DNA of 62,367 nt from Leptospiraceae bacterium (GTDB lineage Bacteria > Spirochaetota > Leptospiria > Leptospirales > Leptospiraceae), in contig DAORDI010000001.1 in NCBI GenBank assembly GCA_035345895.1, positions 1,726 to 64,092 on the forward strand. The letters run 5' to 3'. Shown here one piece after another: positions 53,697-62,367 of the stretch; within the stretch, counting starts at the first letter, position 1, and every line of letters starts with the position of its first letter. Made by a program: the position numbers and the translations under genes. Below the pieces are notes generated by a model. The model had not been told where the DNA came from. It worked only from the letters and a program-made list of their open reading frames with translations, and searched no databases.

Positions 53697-54622
53697 AACT
53701 GCTCTGCTTTCTTCTCCTCTCCTTTTCAGTCCCGATTATATCAGAAAATAACGATAAAATATTATCAAACAGGGAAAACCTCCGGCGGCATATCGTAAGA
53801 CTTACATCCACGGAAAGCTTCAGAAACTTTGAAAATATCCGGACACTGAACAGTGCAGGCGATTACATCTTTGATGAACTGAAAAAAACTGGACTCAGCC
53901 CCGAAAGGCAGAGATATTCTGTACGAAGCAAAACAGTATTCAACGTAAATGCAGAGATCAAAAAATCCGAATCACTTAAGACAATTCTGATCGGTGCACA
54001 CTATGATGCTGCGGGAAATCAGGACGGTGCAGACGACAATGCTTCCGGTACCGCAGGACTGCTGGAGCTTGCAAGAATTCTAAAATCATCCGAAAAATCA
54101 ATTCATTATAATATCATTTTTTCTGCATTTACGCTGGAGGAACCTCCTTTTTTCAGAACAGAGCAGATGGGCAGTTACATTCACGCCCGGTCCCTTTTTC
54201 AGTCCGGAAGAAAAATTGATCTGATGATATCCCTGGAAATGATCGGTTATTATTCCGATCAGGAGAACTCTCAGGAATATCCTTCTTTTCTGATGAAACC
54301 GTTCTATCCTTCAAAAGGAAATTTTCTGGCTGGAACAGGAAGAGGAAAGGAGAAAGTCTGGCTCAAAAAGATATTAAAAGCTTATGAAAAATACACAGAT
54401 CTTCCTTTTGAATATCTTTCAACTGATTTGAATATTTCCGGAACCGATTTTTCTGATCATTTAAACTACTGGAAATTTAATTATCCGGCCATTATGATTA
54501 CTGATACCTCTTTCCTTAGAAATCCGAATTATCACGAACAGACAGACACTGTTGACACTCTGGATTTTTCCAGAATGAAGAAGGCAGTGGATGGGCTGTA
54601 TTTTTTCCTCAGTATGGAATAA
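53693..54622 (+). CDS. M28 family zinc aminopeptidase
   Basis: ORF from 53627. GTG 53693 overlaps the AAR2-like stop (GTGA) and yields the signal peptide VKLLCFLLLSFSVP. M28 motifs LIGAHYDAAG...GADDNASGTAGLLELAR, LEEPPFF and LEMIGY. Confidence 0.8.
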   Translation: MKLLCFLLLSFSVPIISENNDKILSNRENLRRHIVRLTSTESFRNFENIRTLNSAGDYIFDELKKTGLSPERQRYSVRSKTVFNVNAEIKKSESLKTILIGAHYDAAGNQDGADDNASGTAGLLELARILKSSEKSIHYNIIFSAFTLEEPPFFRTEQMGSYIHARSLFQSGRKIDLMISLEMIGYYSDQENSQEYPSFLMKPFYPSKGNFLAGTGRGKEKVWLKKILKAYEKYTDLPFEYLSTDLNISGTDFSDHLNYWKFNYPAIMITDTSFLRNPNYHEQTDTVDTLDFSRMKKAVDGLYFFLSME

Positions 54623-54636
54623 TGCAGCCTTCCCGA

Positions 54637-55065
54637 TTATTCTTTGTCAGAGAATTTACCAGCTTGCATATCAGCTAGTCTGGAATCACGGACATTTTTC
54701 TGCACTGCCACTGCAGCATACAGACTCAGGACATAAGAAATTCCTAAAAAGCCTTTTTCACTTAAGGCAAGTTCTGCATTCCAAAGTCCGATCAAAAGAA
54801 GAAGCAGAGAAGCACCTACTGAAAACCAGCATAGACCGACATAAATCCCAGTGACAAAAAGTCCTTCAAGCTGATCTCTTACAGTCTTCTGCAGGGACAC
54901 TGAAGAAAATAATCCATATAAAAGGACAGTAAGATAGAAACCTTTTTCATTGAGCATCATTTTGGTACTCCATATTCCAATGATAAACGTAATCATACCG
55001 ACGAAAAGTGACAGCCAGGAAATGGCTATGAATGCTGAGGAAGGTTTTTGAGGTATCGACTGCAT
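54637..55065 (-). CDS. YiaA/YiaB family inner-membrane protein
   Basis: 142 aa, four TM helices as two repeats each containing L.EKGF motifs (MLNEKGFYL and ALSEKGFLG). Confidence 0.7.
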   Translation of the reverse strand: MQSIPQKPSSAFIAISWLSLFVGMITFIIGIWSTKMMLNEKGFYLTVLLYGLFSSVSLQKTVRDQLEGLFVTGIYVGLCWFSVGASLLLLLIGLWNAELALSEKGFLGISYVLSLYAAVAVQKNVRDSRLADMQAGKFSDKE

Positions 55066-55166
55066 AACGTTTAAGAAATATATAATATTAGAGTTGTCAA
55101 GAATATTCGAACGGACTTGTCCGAAAAATCTCTTGAGTATATACTAAAAAACTGAATACTGACACT

Positions 55167-56045
55167 ATGTCTTCTCTAAAACAGCTGAAACTAGTTTATC
55201 CTGTCAAAAAAATTAACTGGTCAGGAATATTCTGTGAGAGCATTGAGCCTTACTATGAATCGGACCGAGGTATATTATTTGATCAGGATTGTATGAAGAT
55301 TCTACCAAAAATCCGCGAAAATTCGGTAGATACTGTTTTTGCTGATCCTCCATTTAACATTGGGAAAATATACAGGAAAGGAACAAATGACAGCAGGCCA
55401 GACTATGACTACATTGATTGGTCGAAACAATGGATACGGGAGTGTGTAAGAGTCTTAAAACCAGGTGGATCTATTTTCTTATACAATCTTCCGAAATGGA
55501 ATATCATATTTGGAAATTATTTACTGGAACTTGGAATGGATTTCCGACATTGGATAGCTATTGAACTGAATATGGTTCTGCCAATTCAAGGAAGATTATA
55601 TCCAAGTCATTACAGCTTGCTTTATTATTCAAAAGGAAAGCCTAATGTATTCAGAAAAATAAGAACACCCATCGAAAAGTGCAGGCATTGCGGCGGTGAA
55701 ATAAAAGATTATGGCGGTCACAGAAAGGCGATGAATCCGAACGGCGTAAATCTTAAAGATGTATGGACTGATATCCCTCCGGTACGTCATCGAAAATTTA
55801 AATCTAAAAATCGTAATGCAAACGCTCTTTCCACAAAGATTACAGACAGAATTGTCGAGATGAGCACTCTGCCTGGTGATATTGTACTCGATCCGTTTGG
55901 AGGGAGCGGAACGACTTTTATTTCCTGTGAAAACAAGAATAGAAACTGGATTGGAATAGAAATTGATTACTGCGATGACATAAAAGACAGGATTGAAAGT
56001 GATGATGTAATTCCTCATAAGAATTTCGATTTCATTGAAGGCTGA
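55167..56045 (+). CDS. Type II DNA methyltransferase (beta-class amino-MTase, N4-C or N6-A)
   Basis: 292 aa. Catalytic motif IV VFADPPFNIGK precedes the SAM motif I VLDPFGGSGTT, the beta-class order. The REase gene follows 6 bp downstream. Confidence 0.85.
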   Translation: MSSLKQLKLVYPVKKINWSGIFCESIEPYYESDRGILFDQDCMKILPKIRENSVDTVFADPPFNIGKIYRKGTNDSRPDYDYIDWSKQWIRECVRVLKPGGSIFLYNLPKWNIIFGNYLLELGMDFRHWIAIELNMVLPIQGRLYPSHYSLLYYSKGKPNVFRKIRTPIEKCRHCGGEIKDYGGHRKAMNPNGVNLKDVWTDIPPVRHRKFKSKNRNANALSTKITDRIVEMSTLPGDIVLDPFGGSGTTFISCENKNRNWIGIEIDYCDDIKDRIESDDVIPHKNFDFIEG

Positions 56046-56051
56046 ATTAAA

Positions 56052-56660
56052 ATGAAAGTGATACACCTTGAAGTTTTAATTGAAAAAGGCGAATTTGCAG
56101 AATCTGAAGACTGGGAATTTATAAAAAACGAGATAATAAAAGAAGTTAAAGAAGTTGACTGGCCTCATGGATCAGGAAAATTCACAATCTATCCTGAAAG
56201 CGGAAAGAAGAGAGGTATGGGCAATGGTGTTAAACCAATAAAGGATACTTTTGTGAAAAGATTAGTAACAAAGGGCTGGGAATCTGAAAGACCTTTAGAC
56301 ATCGCTTCGAGAAAAAAACCGGGGAATTTGGATTTATTGCTGGATTATAAAGGAAAGAAAATCGCAATCGAATGGGAAACCGGAAATATCTCGTCGACAC
56401 ATAGAGCCTTGAATAAGATGGCGCTTGGGCTTGTTAAAAATATTCTAAGTGCGGGTGTATTAGTATTGCCTTCAAGAGAACTTTATCGGTATTTGACTGA
56501 TCGGATCGGCAATTTCGATGAAATTGAACCATATATTGAATTATGGAAATCATTAAATCTGAACTCTGGGATTTTGATTATCATTGTAATTGAGCATGAT
56601 GAGGAAAGCATAGAAGTGAAAAAAATACCTAAAGGCACTGACGGAAGGGCTTTGAACTGA
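56052..56660 (+). CDS. BamHI-family type II restriction endonuclease
   Basis: 202 aa. IAIEWETGNISSTHRALNKMALGL, YRYLTDRIGNFDEIEPYIEL and IPKGTDG align with recalled R.BamHI segments GMEFETGNISSAHRSMNKLLLGL, AYYLTDRVTNFEELEPYFEL and IPKGSDG. This includes the catalytic E.E pair and the DNA-contact N/R/DR residues. Confidence 0.8.
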   Translation: MKVIHLEVLIEKGEFAESEDWEFIKNEIIKEVKEVDWPHGSGKFTIYPESGKKRGMGNGVKPIKDTFVKRLVTKGWESERPLDIASRKKPGNLDLLLDYKGKKIAIEWETGNISSTHRALNKMALGLVKNILSAGVLVLPSRELYRYLTDRIGNFDEIEPYIELWKSLNLNSGILIIIVIEHDEESIEVKKIPKGTDGRALN

Positions 56661-56734
56661 TTTTAATAGAATAGTATATAATAATCTATTTTGCATTAAA
56701 GCTGACTAGTCTTAACTTGCAGAACATAGTTTTT

Positions 56735-59700
56735 TTATTCACCCAAAAACTTGGCCAATGTGAAAATGAGATCTTCTTTTGTAACAGGCTTAGTCAGATA
56801 ACCTTCTGAAAACTCCTTAAAGCTTTCGATATTATCACTCATCGCGTCTGCGGTCAGTATGATGATAGGAATAGCAGACCATTCCGGTCTGCTTTTGATT
56901 ACGATTGATGCTTCCTGCCCTCCCATTTCCGGCATATGCATATCCATAAGAATCAGATCAACCTTTTCTTTTTCCAGAATCTCGACTGCCTTCCGTCCGT
57001 TTTCCGCTTCCAGTATCTGAATGCCTGTCTTTCTAAGAAGTCCGTTGACTACCTTTCTGTTGCTTGCCACATCCTCGACGAGAAGTATTCTTCCGTTCAA
57101 TGATGGGATATGATTAATATCAAAGAATTGATTATTTGATCTGATATTAACCAGCTCAGCCGTTCTGACTTTTTTCAGGATGACAGTGAAATTGGAACCC
57201 TGCCCCATGACACTCTCCACAAAAAGAGAGCCTCCCATAAGTTCTGTAAGCTTTTTTGTAATGGAAAGGCCCAATCCAGAACCGCCGTATCTGCTCATAT
57301 CCTGACCTTTCTGCTGAATGAACGGATGAAATATTCGGTCTATTTCCGTTTCCGCAATTCCAGAACCTGTATCCGTCACTTCCATTTTCAGAGTATATTC
57401 ATTCTTATCTTCCAGAGACTGCTCAGCCGATACGGAGATGCAAACTTCCCCTTTATCAGTAAACTTGATTGCATTGCCAGTCAGATTCAGCAGAATCTGT
57501 CTCATTCTTGTCTGATCCAGATAAAAACCGTCCGGAAGGTCTCTGTCCAGTTTCTGATAAAGATGAATGCCTTTTTCCTTTGCCTGAAGGCTGAACATCT
57601 GAACTGTATCACTTACAGCAGATTTCAGATTGACTGGACCTTTGCTGATTTCCATCAGTCCCGATTCTATTTTAGATAAATCTAATATATTATTGATTAG
57701 ACTGATCAGAGTCTTTCCGCTCTTTTGAATGCCTTCCATATAGTCCTGAATTTCCGGATTATTGGATGTTTTTTCCCTGACAATTTCCGCGAATCCAATC
57801 ACAGTATTCATAGGCGTTCTTATTTCATGGCTCATATTTGCCAGAAACTCACTTTTCAGTCTGTTGGCTTTTTCTGCTTCATCTTTCGCTTTCTTCAGAT
57901 CTTCCTCATACTTCTTTCTTTCCGTAATATCACTGAAGATGACTACAGCCCCAATTATTTTATCATTATTGTATATAGGTGTTGTAATATACTCCACCGG
58001 AAAGCAGACACCTTCCTTTTTCCAGAGAAAATCGTCTGAATGCCTGCTTTGTTTTCCCTGCGTAACGCAGTCAAACATAGGGCATTTTTGCGAGGGATAC
58101 GGACTTCCGTCTGGATAACTGTGATGAATCAGTGAATGAATTTCTTTTCCAATCAGCTCTTCCGCTGTATAACCGAGCATACTGCAGCAGGCATCATTGC
58201 AGAAAACAGTTTTTCCATTTTCATCCAGACCGAATATTCCCTCCCCGGCATTTTTCAGGATCAGACGATTCTGTATTTCTGCAGACTTAAATAAGTTGAG
58301 TGCTCTCTGCAGAGCATCTTCCTTTTGTTTAACCTCAGTAATATCTGTATATGTAATCACAACACCATAGTTTGGCATATTCAGAGGAATTGCGGTCACG
58401 TTTATCCAGCTCACAGTCTCATTGGACTTCACTATTCCCATTTCCACATTGGCAACAAGCCTGTTCTCCTTCATTGCTCTTACGCTTGCATACTCCTCCG
58501 AAGGCATTAAGGAAAAGTCTGTTCTCAGAATCTTCCATTCCTTTCCTGCATAATTTCTGGTAATATGCTCTTCCCTGGAAATGCCCAATATTTTTTCGGA
58601 TGCAGGATTGCAGTCAATAATATTGCCTTCTTTGTCTGTGATCGTTATGCCTACTTCAAGGGAATTAAAAAGAGTTCTCAGTTTTTTTTCGCTCTCTACA
58701 AGCTTTTCCCTGATCTCTCTTTCTTCTGTAATATTGTCCTTGATGCCGATAAAATTTACAATTGTTCCATTCTCATCCTTGATCGGAGCAATACTTACGG
58801 ATTCCCAGTAAAACTCTCCATTCTTTTTCCGGTTTTTAAAGACTCCTTTCCAGCTTCCCCCTGAAGTGATTGTATCCCACATCTGTCTGTATTCTTCCTG
58901 ACTGGTGTAACCTGATTTCAGAATGCGCGGATTCTGACCTAAAACTTCACTGAAAGAGTAACCTGTTATCTCAGTGAAGACAGGATTCACATATTCTACA
59001 ATTCCTTCAGGATCGGTAAATACAATGGATACCGGACTCTGCTCAACTCCTGCAGAAAATCTGCGGATCTTTTCTTCTGCACGCGATATTGCCAGGAGAT
59101 ATCTGTCATTTGACATCAGTATAAATCCGAAAGGAAGCCCAAGCACTGTCAGAAAAAACACAATATAAGAAACAGTCTCAATAATGCTGGATGTAAAAAT
59201 GGAGTGATTGGCCGGAACGATATTCAGTGAAAAGTAGATAAACCGTACAAATAAGATCAGTGCACAGATAAAATAGACTGTTCCTGTAAATATATGACTG
59301 TACTGTCTTTTTTCTGCATGAAAAAAAATCAAAAGACTGCTGAGCATCATTATGACTCCCGTCATCAAGGAAGCAAATATGATCCGATATGAAATATTCG
59401 GAATAATGAAAGTAAAAAAGGAAAGATAAGCGATATAGAAAACGATCAGTGCGACCAGCCACGCTGAGCGGATCTTATGCCCAAGGAAATCGCATAGAAC
59501 ATAGAGCCAGTACGTTATTGCAGACAGAATGAGTGTATTTCCAAGTATAATGGAAACAGGATCAGGGATTGCACCGCGCAGAATGGAAAGAAAGAGCCAG
59601 CCAAAGGTTGCCAGAGCTGATCCAAATCCCCATTTTCGGACATTCAGTTCCCTCTTGTAAGATGCAGACAGAGCCAGCAGTCCGATATTTGTAATCAGAG

Positions 59701-59776
59701 AACCCAGAAATATCAGGAGTACTGCAGTGCGAATATCAAAATTCATCAGTAATATACCCTGAAATGACTGTACCAT
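56735..59776 (-). CDS. Hybrid sensor histidine kinase (multi-TM N-terminus, three PAS domains, HisKA, HATPase, receiver)
   Basis: 1013 aa. H-box SHEIRTPMN. N/G boxes NLTGNAIKFT, DTGSGI, GGSGLGLSI. Receiver with DLILMDMHMPEMGG. PAS-like repeats between about aa 240 and 620. An alternative start is Met-11 at 59746. Confidence 0.85.
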   Translation of the reverse strand: MVQSFQGILLMNFDIRTAVLLIFLGSLITNIGLLALSASYKRELNVRKWGFGSALATFGWLFLSILRGAIPDPVSIILGNTLILSAITYWLYVLCDFLGHKIRSAWLVALIVFYIAYLSFFTFIIPNISYRIIFASLMTGVIMMLSSLLIFFHAEKRQYSHIFTGTVYFICALILFVRFIYFSLNIVPANHSIFTSSIIETVSYIVFFLTVLGLPFGFILMSNDRYLLAISRAEEKIRRFSAGVEQSPVSIVFTDPEGIVEYVNPVFTEITGYSFSEVLGQNPRILKSGYTSQEEYRQMWDTITSGGSWKGVFKNRKKNGEFYWESVSIAPIKDENGTIVNFIGIKDNITEEREIREKLVESEKKLRTLFNSLEVGITITDKEGNIIDCNPASEKILGISREEHITRNYAGKEWKILRTDFSLMPSEEYASVRAMKENRLVANVEMGIVKSNETVSWINVTAIPLNMPNYGVVITYTDITEVKQKEDALQRALNLFKSAEIQNRLILKNAGEGIFGLDENGKTVFCNDACCSMLGYTAEELIGKEIHSLIHHSYPDGSPYPSQKCPMFDCVTQGKQSRHSDDFLWKKEGVCFPVEYITTPIYNNDKIIGAVVIFSDITERKKYEEDLKKAKDEAEKANRLKSEFLANMSHEIRTPMNTVIGFAEIVREKTSNNPEIQDYMEGIQKSGKTLISLINNILDLSKIESGLMEISKGPVNLKSAVSDTVQMFSLQAKEKGIHLYQKLDRDLPDGFYLDQTRMRQILLNLTGNAIKFTDKGEVCISVSAEQSLEDKNEYTLKMEVTDTGSGIAETEIDRIFHPFIQQKGQDMSRYGGSGLGLSITKKLTELMGGSLFVESVMGQGSNFTVILKKVRTAELVNIRSNNQFFDINHIPSLNGRILLVEDVASNRKVVNGLLRKTGIQILEAENGRKAVEILEKEKVDLILMDMHMPEMGGQEASIVIKSRPEWSAIPIIILTADAMSDNIESFKEFSEGYLTKPVTKEDLIFTLAKFLGE

Positions 59777-59997
59777 TCAACCATACAGCTGCATTTTCCG
59801 TACCGATATGCATAATATACATTTCTTTTAATATAATCACAGTTTAAAATAAAAAAAGATTGAGTAAATAAAATCGCTGTCTCATTTTGATGAAACAGTG
59901 ATTCAAATTCACAGTTATGCCCGAAAAATTCCATCAATGAGTTTTTACCGAAGAGAGATTTCGAGACTGTTTCGCAATAAGCCGGAAAAGAGACCCT

Positions 59998-61245
59998 ATG
60001 CTAGACCTGAATGAGGAAAAAAAGCTTTCACAGAAAAAGAAATCTGTTTATCCGAACCTGGGACGGGCACTTATTAACGGGTGCATTTTCTATTTCATTT
60101 CATCGGATCAGCTGAATTTTTTCTATGCCCCCGCTCTGCTGACCCTCATTTTTTCGGTAATCTGGATGGGTGCAGAAAGAAAGTTTTATTTTAATTACAG
60201 CAGATATAAATTTCTGCCCTATATACCTGCTTTTATGGATATTCTATCCGGAGGAATTCTAATCTATATCACAGGCAATGTAAATTCATGGGCTATTATG
60301 GGATATATTATCATGGGTGCCATCAGTGCATTTTATTCGTCAGATACAAACCAGCCTCTTTTCATTATGATATCATCGGTAATTGTCTATTCATTCATCT
60401 GTATTGCTGTCCTGACCGGTCTGGCTCCCCCGATAAACATTCTGAATCCCGGTGCGGACAGAATTACCTGGATGAGTTTTATTATGGCCCTGTTCTTTTT
60501 TTCAGTCGGACAGTATTTCCTGTATAATGCAATCTCGGTTATCACAAAAGAAAATCAGAGACTTCTGGATATTGTAGAAAAAGAACAGAAAGAAAATGAA
60601 AAACTTCTTCAAAATATTCTTCCTGTCAGTGTATCAGAAGAACTGAAGAGTTTCGGAAAAGCATCTCCTACGGAATTTGAATCTGCCTCTGTGCTTTTCA
60701 CTGATTTTGTAGGCTTTACTTCCATCGCTGAAAAAATGAATCCTGCAGAACTGATTGCAGAACTCGATATATGCTTCTCCTTCTTCGATCAGGTCTGCAA
60801 AAAATACAATTTGGAAAAACTTAAGACAATCGGCGACTCCTATATGTGTGTGGGCGGTGTTCCAATTGAAAACAGCACCCATTCAGAAGATGCAGTGTAT
60901 GCGGCTTTGGAAATCCAAAGATTTATGAAGGAAATGAAAACAGAAAGGGAAAGATCCGGAAGAAAATTCTGGGAAATCCGAATCGGAATTCATTCCGGAC
61001 CGCTTGTGGCAGGAATTATCGGAAGTACAAAGTTTTCCTATGACATCTGGGGAAGCACTGTCAACATTGCCAGCAGAATGGAGTCCTCAGGAACCGCAGG
61101 CAGGATAAATGTTTCGGAAGCTGTCAAAAAACTGACAGAAAACAAGTTTCTGTTTGAACACAGAGGCCGAATAAAAACGAAAGAATCCGAGTTTGAGATG
61201 TATTATGTTCTCGGAATAAGAAACGGTCACCTGATAACAAATTGA
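59998..61245 (+). CDS. Membrane-anchored class III adenylate/guanylate cyclase
   Basis: 415 aa. About 6 TM helices, then LFTDFVGFTSI, KTIGDSYMCV, GIHSGPLVAGIIG, YDIWGSTVNIASRMES. Confidence 0.85.
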   Translation: MLDLNEEKKLSQKKKSVYPNLGRALINGCIFYFISSDQLNFFYAPALLTLIFSVIWMGAERKFYFNYSRYKFLPYIPAFMDILSGGILIYITGNVNSWAIMGYIIMGAISAFYSSDTNQPLFIMISSVIVYSFICIAVLTGLAPPINILNPGADRITWMSFIMALFFFSVGQYFLYNAISVITKENQRLLDIVEKEQKENEKLLQNILPVSVSEELKSFGKASPTEFESASVLFTDFVGFTSIAEKMNPAELIAELDICFSFFDQVCKKYNLEKLKTIGDSYMCVGGVPIENSTHSEDAVYAALEIQRFMKEMKTERERSGRKFWEIRIGIHSGPLVAGIIGSTKFSYDIWGSTVNIASRMESSGTAGRINVSEAVKKLTENKFLFEHRGRIKTKESEFEMYYVLGIRNGHLITN

Positions 61246-61276
61246 CCTAAAGGCATACTGAAAAAAACGTGAATTC

Positions 61277-61762
61277 ATGCGCGAACTCGATGCACTTGTA
61301 GAACAGAAAACCGGACTCTCTATTGAGAGAGCAATGAGAATTGATGAGGTCAATCTGTATAACAGACTGGGTGAAGAGACTTTCTGGAAACTGAGCAGAA
61401 CCTTTTACGCAAAAGTTTACAATGATGAAGAAGAGAAATGGTTCAAGAATATTTTCAAGAACAGAAGTATGGAAGAAGCAATACAGAATCAAGTGGAGTT
61501 TTTTATGCAGAGAATGGGCGGACCGGCTTATTTTTCCAAAAGAAAAGGACATCCTGCATTGATCGGAAGACATATGCCGTTCAATATGGGAGAGAAAGCT
61601 GCAGTCAGATGGCTTCATCATATGAAAGCTTCACTTGAGGAAGTCAAGGAAATCGACGAGGATTCCAGATCCCGAATGATGGACTATTTCACTCATACGG
61701 CATACTTTTTATCCCTGGGCGTAACAATGCAGCAGAGTATGAGAGGGGAAAATCAGGACTGA
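61277..61762 (+). CDS. Truncated hemoglobin-like globin (group II/YjbI-like)
   Basis: 161 aa. [18 protein letters not shown]...[42 protein letters not shown] matches the trHb pattern GGP.Y....G.P.L...H..F.I......W. Confidence 0.7.
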   Translation: MRELDALVEQKTGLSIERAMRIDEVNLYNRLGEETFWKLSRTFYAKVYNDEEEKWFKNIFKNRSMEEAIQNQVEFFMQRMGGPAYFSKRKGHPALIGRHMPFNMGEKAAVRWLHHMKASLEEVKEIDEDSRSRMMDYFTHTAYFLSLGVTMQQSMRGENQD

Positions 61763-61784
61763 TTGTGTCCTTAAGGAAAAAATA

Positions 61785-62367
61785 ATGAACAGTGAACAGA
61801 TAAAAAAAGAGCTTTATAAAATCAAGCATCCGGATGTGAAAAAAGATATCATTTCCATTGGAATGCTCCTCGGTGTAGATGTTCTGCCCGAAGAATCCAT
61901 TATCAGACTCAAGGTTCCAAATTCAGACAGGAAGCTTCAGATTGGACTGGAAGCACAGATCAGACAGCTGATTTCAAAACAGATCACAGGAAAGCTCAAA
62001 ATCAAATTTGAAGTGGATCCGGGGTTTTCACTGGATGACTCGAACAAGGTTCCAGGGGTAAAGAAAATCATTGCAGTCGGATCCGGTAAGGGCGGTGTAG
62101 GAAAATCCACTGTAACGATCAATCTTGCCGCATATCTTGCCTCACAGGGACTGAAAGTCGGAGTAATGGATGCAGACATCTACGGACCGTCCATAGGCAA
62201 AATGACAGGATTCAGCGGAAGGGTGGCTCTTCAGACAGAAGAGGATAAAATATATCCCGTTGAGAAATTCGGAATCAAAATCATTTCTTTCGGATTTTTA
62301 GTGGATGAGAATCAGCCTGTTGTATGGAGAGGGCCTATGCTTGGAAAAGCAGTGGAGCAGTTTCTGT
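61785..62367 (+). CDS. Mrp/ApbC-type Fe-S cluster carrier ATPase, partial (runs off window end)
   Basis: ATG 61785. N-terminal DUF59-like segment ([16 protein letters not shown]), then the deviant Walker [14 protein letters not shown] and DADIYGPS. Not in the ORF track because no stop is reached. Confidence 0.8.
   Translation, partial: MNSEQIKKELYKIKHPDVKKDIISIGMLLGVDVLPEESIIRLKVPNSDRKLQIGLEAQIRQLISKQITGKLKIKFEVDPGFSLDDSNKVPGVKKIIAVGSGKGGVGKSTVTINLAAYLASQGLKVGVMDADIYGPSIGKMTGFSGRVALQTEEDKIYPVEKFGIKIISFGFLVDENQPVVWRGPMLGKAVEQFL

Overview
This 62.4 kb bacterial chromosomal window is coded on both strands. I found no rRNA, tRNA or CRISPR. The gene content suggests a Leptospira-like spirochaete, which is an inference from three features: many membrane-anchored SpoIIE/PP2C phosphatases, 7TM-DISM class III cyclases, and a long-form iPGM followed by Lnt.

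Housekeeping and transport genes:
- MATE efflux pump
- DUF190 plus CrcB
- SbtA/SbtB plus an outer-membrane barrel
- an MFS transporter
- lnt and gpmI
- an SRPBCC protein, an M28 peptidase, YiaAB, a truncated globin and a partial Mrp/ApbC

Signalling genes are unusually dense:
- five PP2C phosphatases, four of them a paralogous 7TM-receptor/TPR family
- two class III cyclases
- a PAS-rich hybrid histidine kinase
- a 7TM-AraC regulator
- a STAS protein
- a SiaB/SiaC/SiaA-like partner-switch operon that ends in a PilZ-methyltransferase

Accessory content:
- a plus-strand block with a SWIM zinc-finger protein, an AAA/PD-(D/E)XK ATPase and two coupled large unknown proteins
- a toxin-antitoxin islet: a tandemly duplicated ParE/RelE-type pair plus a degenerate VapC pair
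- a lipoprotein gene carrying a 7-nt repeat tract that looks phase-variable
- a roughly 1.9 kb ORF-poor repeat island containing about 18 tandem 36-bp units organised as 214-bp higher-order repeats
- two MITE-like repeat families scattered through the window
- an 82-bp duplication of the gpmI leader
- a BamHI-family restriction-modification pair
- a protein that resembles the eukaryotic spliceosome assembly factor AAR2, translationally coupled to the M28 peptidase

Most worth following up are the AAR2-like/M28 pair, the Sia-like operon with its PilZ-methyltransferase output, the SWIM block, and the repeat array with its MITE families.

All family assignments come from motifs read by eye and recalled family knowledge; no searches were run. 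Repeat coordinates are by eye, accurate to within a few bp.
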